The notes under the pieces were generated by a model. The model made no database searches. It saw only the letters and a list, made by a program, of their open reading frames with translations, and was not told where the DNA came from. Source: a virus (lineage: Duplodnaviria; Heunggongvirae; Uroviricota; Caudoviricetes). Taken from it: a stretch of 32,052 nucleotides of DNA. Where the stretch lies: IMG/VR virus record IMGVR_UViG_2548876861_000008; one strand, written 5' to 3'. Shown piece after piece: positions 26,517 to 32,052 of this stretch. Made by a program: the position numbers and the translations under genes. Every line of letters starts with the position of its first letter. Positions within the stretch are counted from its first letter, which is position 1.

Positions 26517-28956
26517 CAATGTAAAATTACAGGTATTGCTCAGGGCTGTTGACCAGGCATCCCGCCCGTTTAAATCCATCCGCACAGCGAGCAAGTCGCT
26601 GTCGGGGGATATCCGGGAAACACAAAAATCACTGCGCGAGCTGAACGGTCATGCATCCCGTATTGAGGGGTTCCGCAAGACCAGTGCACAGCTCGCCGTG
26701 ACTGGTCATGCACTTGAAAAGGCACGGCAGGAGGCCGAAGCCCTTGCCACACAGTTTAAAAACACCGAACGTCCGACCCGTGCTCAGGCGAAAGTGCTGG
26801 AATCAGCAAAGCGAGCGGCGGAGGACTTACAGGCGAAATATAACCGCCTGACGGATTCCGTTAAACGCCAGCAGCGGGAACTGGCCGCTGTGGGAATTAA
26901 TACCCGCAATCTTGCACATGATGAGCAGGGGCTGAAAAACCGTATCAGTGAAACCACTGCACAGCTTAATCGTCAGCGCGACGCACTGGCGCGTGTCAGT
27001 GCGCAACAGGCAAAACTTAACGCAGTAAAACAGCGTTATCAGGCCGGAAAGGAACTGGCCGGAAATATGGCCTCAGTGGGCGCTGCCGGTGTGGGGATTG
27101 CGGCGGCGGGAACGATGGCCGGAGTTAAGCTGCTGATGCCCGGTTATGAGTTTGCGCAGAAAAACTCAGAATTGCAGGCCGTGCTAGGAGTGGCAAAAGA
27201 CTCCGCCGAAATGACCGCACTCCGCAAGCAGGCGCGCCAGCTCGGCGATAATACCGCAGCCTCGGCAGATGATGCAGCCGGTGCACAGATTATCATTGCG
27301 AAAGCGGGTGGAGATGCTGCGGCTATTCAGGCAGCAACGCCGGTCACACTGAATATGGCACTGGCAAACCAGCGGTCGATGGAAGAAAACGCGCAATTGT
27401 TGCTGGGGACTAAGGCATCCTTTCAACTGTCAAATGATGATGTCAGCCATGTGGGCGACGTGTTGTCGGCAACGATGAATAAGTCGGCGACTGATTTTCA
27501 GGGACTCAGTGATGCACTGACTTACCTCGGCCCGGTTGCGAGGACGGCAGGTGTAAGTCTTGAGCAGGCAGCGGCCATGACCGGTGTGCTGCATGACAAT
27601 AACATCAGGGGGTCAATGGCGGGTACGGGTAGCAGTGCCGTTGTCACCCGATTACAGGCACCGACTGGAAAAGCATGGGATGCACTCAAAGAGCTTGGCG
27701 TTAAAACCTCGGACAAAAAGGGAAATATGCGTCCGTTGTTCACCATTCTGAAAGAGATTCAGGCCAGCTTTGATAAACACAAGCTGGGAACGTCTCAGAA
27801 GGGGGAATACCTTAAAACCATTTTTGGTGAGGAAGCCCTGAAATCAGCGAACGTTTTACTGGCAGCGGCAGCAAGCGGAAAACTGGATACGCTGACCGCC
27901 ACGCTGAAAGCCTCGGACGGTAAAACGGAAGAGCTGGTTAAAATCATGCAGGATAACCTTGGCGGTGACTTTAAGGAGTTTCAGTCCGCTTATGAGGCGG
28001 TGGGGACTGACCTGTTTGACCAGCAGGAAGGCGCACTGCGTAAGCTCACTCAGACGGCCACAAAGTATGTGTTAAAACTCGACGGCTGGATCCAGAAAAA
28101 CAAATCACTGGCGTCAACCATCGGCCTCATTGTCGGTGGCGCGCTGGCGCTTACTGGCATCATTGGTGCCATTGGCCTCGTAGCCTGGCCGGTTATCACC
28201 GGCATCAATGCCATCATCGCGGCAGCAGGCGCAATGGGGGCAATCTTCACGACGGTTGGCAGTGCTGTTATGACGGCCATCGGGGCGATTAGCTGGCCGG
28301 TTGTGGCCGTGGTGGCCGCCATTGTCGCCGGGGCGTTGCTTATCCGTAAATACTGGGAGCCTGTCAGCGCATTCTTTGGCGGTGTGGTGGAAGGGCTAAA
28401 AGCGGCATTTGTGCCGGTGGGGGAACTGTTCATGCCACTGAAGCCGGTGTTTGACTGGCTGGGCGAAAAGTTACAGGCCGCGTGGCAGTGGTTTAAAAAC
28501 CTGATTGCCCCGGTCAAAGCCACTCAGGACATCCTGAACAGTTGCCGTGACACGGGGGTCATGTTCGGGCAGGCACTGGCTGACGCGCTGATGCTGCCGC
28601 TTAATGCGTTCAACAAACTGCGCAGCGGTATTGACTGGGTACTGGAAAAACTCGGTGTTATCAACAAAGAGTCAGACACACTTGACCAGACCGCCGCCAG
28701 AACTCAAGCCGCCACGTATGGCAGCGGTGGTTATATTCCGGCGACCAGCTCTTATGCAGGCTATCAGGCTTATCAGCCGGTCACGGCACCGGCTGGCCGC
28801 TCTTATGTAGACCAGAGTAAAAACGAATATCACATCAGCCTGACGGGTGGTACTGCGCCGGGGACACAGCTTGACCGCCAGTTACAGGATGCGCTCGAAA
28901 AATACGAGCGGGATAAACGTGCGCGCGCCCGTGCCAGCATGATGCATGACGGTTAA
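26509..28956 (+). CDS. T: tail tape measure protein
   Basis: 815 aa as P2 gpT; hydrophobic Gly/Ala-rich central segment. Confidence 0.85.
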   Translation: MSNNVKLQVLLRAVDQASRPFKSIRTASKSLSGDIRETQKSLRELNGHASRIEGFRKTSAQLAVTGHALEKARQEAEALATQFKNTERPTRAQAKVLESAKRAAEDLQAKYNRLTDSVKRQQRELAAVGINTRNLAHDEQGLKNRISETTAQLNRQRDALARVSAQQAKLNAVKQRYQAGKELAGNMASVGAAGVGIAAAGTMAGVKLLMPGYEFAQKNSELQAVLGVAKDSAEMTALRKQARQLGDNTAASADDAAGAQIIIAKAGGDAAAIQAATPVTLNMALANQRSMEENAQLLLGTKASFQLSNDDVSHVGDVLSATMNKSATDFQGLSDALTYLGPVARTAGVSLEQAAAMTGVLHDNNIRGSMAGTGSSAVVTRLQAPTGKAWDALKELGVKTSDKKGNMRPLFTILKEIQASFDKHKLGTSQKGEYLKTIFGEEALKSANVLLAAAASGKLDTLTATLKASDGKTEELVKIMQDNLGGDFKEFQSAYEAVGTDLFDQQEGALRKLTQTATKYVLKLDGWIQKNKSLASTIGLIVGGALALTGIIGAIGLVAWPVITGINAIIAAAGAMGAIFTTVGSAVMTAIGAISWPVVAVVAAIVAGALLIRKYWEPVSAFFGGVVEGLKAAFVPVGELFMPLKPVFDWLGEKLQAAWQWFKNLIAPVKATQDILNSCRDTGVMFGQALADALMLPLNAFNKLRSGIDWVLEKLGVINKESDTLDQTAARTQAATYGSGGYIPATSSYAGYQAYQPVTAPAGRSYVDQSKNEYHISLTGGTAPGTQLDRQLQDALEKYERDKRARARASMMHDG

Positions 28957-28970
28957 GGAGGTGACGAAAA

Positions 28971-29450
28971 ATGATGCTCGCGTTAGGTATGTTTGTTTTT
29001 ATGCGCCAGACGCTGCCACACCAGACCATGCAGCGTGAATCAGATTATCGCTGGCCGTCAAATTCCCGTATCGGCAAACGGGATGCCTTTCAGTTTCTCG
29101 GTGTTGGCGAGGAAAACATCACGCTTGCCGGTGTGCTTTATCCCGAGCTGACCGGCGGAAAGCTGACGATGACTACGCTCAGGCTGATGGCAGAGGAAGG
29201 TCGGGCGTGGCCGTTGCTGGATGGCACCGGCATGATTTATGGCATGTATGTCATCAGCAGGGTGAGTGAAACAGGGAGTATTTTCTTTGCAGACGGCACA
29301 CCCAGAAAAATTGATTTTACGCTGTCGCTCACCCGCGTTGATGAATCACTGGCCGCGCTTTATGGCGATATCGGTAAACAGGCGGAATCGCTCATCGGTA
29401 AGGCTGGCAGTATGGCGACTAAATTCACGGGTATGACGGGGGCGGGATAA
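28971..29450 (+). CDS. U: tail protein U
   Basis: 159 aa as P2 gpU. Confidence 0.85.
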   Translation: MMLALGMFVFMRQTLPHQTMQRESDYRWPSNSRIGKRDAFQFLGVGEENITLAGVLYPELTGGKLTMTTLRLMAEEGRAWPLLDGTGMIYGMYVISRVSETGSIFFADGTPRKIDFTLSLTRVDESLAALYGDIGKQAESLIGKAGSMATKFTGMTGAG

Positions 29451-30613
29451 TGCTGGATGCGCTGACATTTGATGCAGGCAGTACGCTGACGCCGGATTAC
29501 ATGCTGATGCTCGACAGCAGGGATATTACCGGCAATATCAGCGACCGTCTGATGAGCATGACCCTGACGGATAACCGGGGCTTTGAGGCTGACCAGCTTG
29601 ATATTGAACTGAACGATGCCGACGGGCAGGTCGGGCTGCCGGTTCGTGGCGCTGTCCTGACGGTGTATATCGGCTGGAAAGGTTTTGCCCTGGTATGCAA
29701 AGGGAAATTTACCGTTGATGAGGTTGAACACCGGGGCGCGCCGGATGTGGTTACCATCCGCGCCCGGAGTGCAGATTTTCGCGGGACGCTCAATTCCCGC
29801 CGGGAAGGCTCATGGCATGACACCACGCTCGGTGCGATTGTTGAGGCGATAGCCTCCCGTAACAGGCTGGAAGCCAGTGTCGCTCCGTCACTGGCCGGAA
29901 TTAAAATCCCGCACATCGACCAGTCGCAGGAGTCTGATGCAAAATTCCTGACCCGCCTAGCTGAACGCAACGGCGGTGAGGTGTCGGTAAAAATGGGAAA
30001 ATTGTTGTTTCTCAAAGCGGGGCAGGGGGTGACGGCCAGCGGTAAGAAAATCCCGCAGGTCATCATCACCCGCAGCGACGGCGACCGTCATCATTTTGCG
30101 ATTGCTGACCGTGGAGCCTACACCGGTGTAACGGCAAAATGGCTACACACTAAAGACCCGAAGCCTCAAAAGCAGAAGGTAAAACTGAAACGCAAAAAGA
30201 AAGAAAAACACCTGCGCGCACTGGAGCACCCCAAAGCGAAACCGGTCACGCAGAAGAAAGCGCCAAAAGTACCGGAAGCGCGCGAAGGTGAATACATGGC
30301 CGGTGAGGCTGACAATGTTTTTGCCCTGACCACGGTATATGCCACGAAAGCGCAGGCCATGCGCGCCGCTCAGGCGAAGTGGGATAAACTGCAACGGGGC
30401 GTTGCGGAGTTCTCCATCATCCTGGCTACCGGTCGTGCAGATATTTACACGGAAACGCCGGTCAAAGTGTCAGGCTTTAAGCGCGTCATAGACGAGCAGG
30501 ACTGGACAATCACTAAGGTGACACATTTTCTGAATAATAGCGGCTTCACGACGTCCTTAGAGCTTGAGGTCAGGCTTTCTGATGTGGAGTACGAAACAGA
30601 AGATGATGAGTGA
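29450..30613 (+). CDS. D: tail protein D (late control gene D)
   Basis: 387 aa as P2 gpD. Confidence 0.85.
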   Translation: MLDALTFDAGSTLTPDYMLMLDSRDITGNISDRLMSMTLTDNRGFEADQLDIELNDADGQVGLPVRGAVLTVYIGWKGFALVCKGKFTVDEVEHRGAPDVVTIRARSADFRGTLNSRREGSWHDTTLGAIVEAIASRNRLEASVAPSLAGIKIPHIDQSQESDAKFLTRLAERNGGEVSVKMGKLLFLKAGQGVTASGKKIPQVIITRSDGDRHHFAIADRGAYTGVTAKWLHTKDPKPQKQKVKLKRKKKEKHLRALEHPKAKPVTQKKAPKVPEAREGEYMAGEADNVFALTTVYATKAQAMRAAQAKWDKLQRGVAEFSIILATGRADIYTETPVKVSGFKRVIDEQDWTITKVTHFLNNSGFTTSLELEVRLSDVEYETEDDE

Positions 30614-30694
30614 TGCTTTTATTTTATCTGTTTGTTTTATAAGGATAAATTAACTAAAATGGCACCATCAACAAAACCGGAAGAGGTGCTCGCG

Positions 30695-30913
30695 ATGTTT
30701 CATTGTCCTTTATGCCAGCATGCCGCACATGCGCGTACAAGCCGCTATATCACTGACACGACAAAAGAGCGTTATCATCAGTGCCAGAACGTGAATTGCA
30801 GTGCCACGTTCATCACTTATGAGTCGGTACAGCGATACATCGTGAAGCCGGGAGAAGTCCACGCCGTAAGGCCGCACCCGTTGCCGTCAGGGCAGCAAAT
30901 TATGTGGATGTGA
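30695..30913 (+). CDS. ogr: Ogr zinc-finger late-gene transcriptional activator
   Basis: 72 aa from ATG 30695 (MFHCPLCQHAAHARTSRYI...CQNVNC); Cys4 zinc finger; matches recalled P2 Ogr. Confidence 0.85.
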   Translation: MFHCPLCQHAAHARTSRYITDTTKERYHQCQNVNCSATFITYESVQRYIVKPGEVHAVRPHPLPSGQQIMWM

Positions 30914-30923
30914 TCACAAAAAT

Positions 30924-30950
30924 AGCCCCTCAGTTGAGGGGCTTTATTTA
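30924..30950 (+). terminator. Rho-independent terminator after ogr
   Basis: Stem agcccctc / gaggggct with 4-nt loop followed by ttattta. Confidence 0.5.
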
Positions 30951-31041
30951 TGGTCGATGTGGACGCTATGTGGACAGTGGTTGATATAAATCCATTTATA
31001 TCATCAGGTTAGGTGCTTTTTTGTGACACCATCCCTGTCTT

Positions 31042-31068
31042 CCCCCACATGATGTGGGGGTTTTTTTT
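31042..31068 (+). terminator. Rho-independent terminator (probably host-derived, upstream of fieF)
   Basis: Perfect stem cccccacat / atgtggggg followed by T8. Confidence 0.5.
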
Positions 31069-31149
31069 ATCCTCAATTTGCCTGCTGCTTAATGCATTGC
31101 AGATGATTTGCTTCCGTTATACTACCGTCAGTTGATAGCGGGAGTATTT

Positions 31150-32052
31150 ATGAATCAATCTTATGGACGGCTGGTCAGTCGGGCGGCGATTGCTGCGACG
31201 GCGATGGCTTCGCTGCTATTGCTGATTAAAATTTTTGCATGGTGGTATACCGGGTCGGTGAGTATTCTCGCCGCGCTGGTGGATTCGCTGGTGGATATCG
31301 GCGCGTCGTTGACGAATTTACTGGTGGTGCGATATTCCCTGCAACCTGCCGACGATAATCACTCGTTTGGTCACGGTAAAGCTGAGTCTCTCGCGGCGCT
31401 GGCGCAAAGTATGTTTATCTCCGGTTCGGCACTATTCCTGTTTTTGACGGGTATTCAACATCTGGTATCTCCAACACCGATGACAGATCCAGGCGTCGGG
31501 GTTATCGTGACAATTGTGGCGCTAATTTGTACGATTATCCTTGTCTCGTTTCAGCGTTGGGTGGTGCGCCGGACGCAAAGCCAGGCGGTGCGGGCTGATA
31601 TGCTACATTACCAGTCTGATGTTATGATGAACGGCGCAATTCTGCTGGCGCTGGGGTTGTCCTGGTACGGCTGGCATCGCGCCGATGCTCTGTTTGCATT
31701 GGGGATCGGCATCTATATTTTATATAGCGCGTTACGCATGGGATATGAGGCGGTACAGTCATTACTGGATCGCGCATTGCCTGATGAGGAACGGCAAGAA
31801 ATTATTGATATCGTGGCTTCCTGGCCGGGTGTTAGCGGCGCTCACGATCTTCGCACGCGGCAGTCAGGGCCGACCCGCTTTATTCAGATTCATTTGGAAA
31901 TGGAAGACTCTCTGCCTTTGGTTCAGGCACATATGGTGGCGGATCAGGTAGAGCAGGCTATTTTACGGCGTTTTCCGGGATCGGATGTGATTATCCATCA
32001 GGACCCCTGTTCCGTCGTACCCAGGGAGGGTAAACGGTCTATGCTTTCATAA
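31150..32052 (+). CDS. fieF: cation-diffusion-facilitator Fe/Zn efflux transporter FieF (YiiP); host chromosomal gene
   Basis: 300-aa protein [38 protein letters not shown]..., recognised as E. coli FieF; window ends at its stop codon. Confidence 0.9.
   Translation: MNQSYGRLVSRAAIAATAMASLLLLIKIFAWWYTGSVSILAALVDSLVDIGASLTNLLVVRYSLQPADDNHSFGHGKAESLAALAQSMFISGSALFLFLTGIQHLVSPTPMTDPGVGVIVTIVALICTIILVSFQRWVVRRTQSQAVRADMLHYQSDVMMNGAILLALGLSWYGWHRADALFALGIGIYILYSALRMGYEAVQSLLDRALPDEERQEIIDIVASWPGVSGAHDLRTRQSGPTRFIQIHLEMEDSLPLVQAHMVADQVEQAILRRFPGSDVIIHQDPCSVVPREGKRSMLS

Noticed and set aside
30914-31149. A tRNA gene as integration target at the right junction
   Set aside because: No cloverleaf-compatible sequence (no acceptor-stem pairing ending in CCA, no T-loop GTTC motif) was seen; the hairpins are simple terminator stems

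Overview
The window is almost entirely one P2-like temperate prophage in an Escherichia-like chromosome. From left to right: tyrosine integrase (1..1011, minus), the C-repressor/Cox switch, the early replication operon (B, small ORFs, gpA), then a visibly AT-rich cargo island (about 5.8-9.2 kb) sitting where P2 itself carries tin/old. That island encodes a C5-cytosine DNA methyltransferase and a convergent two-gene operon: a ParB/Srx-fold protein and a 331-aa protein with no recognisable motifs. After it come the cos site, the full late morphogenesis and lysis set (Q P O N M L X Y K lysA lysB lysC R S V W J I H G FI FII E/E' T U D), ogr, and the host gene fieF at the right edge. The tail-fibre region carries a Mu G-segment-like invertible cassette with 34-bp inverted repeats and a Gin/Pin-family serine invertase. 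The cargo island between gpA and cos is the best candidate for an undescribed system, most plausibly an anti-phage defence or restriction-modification-like module. All calls rest on reading the supplied translations and sequence by eye and on recalled features of P2; no database search or computation was run.
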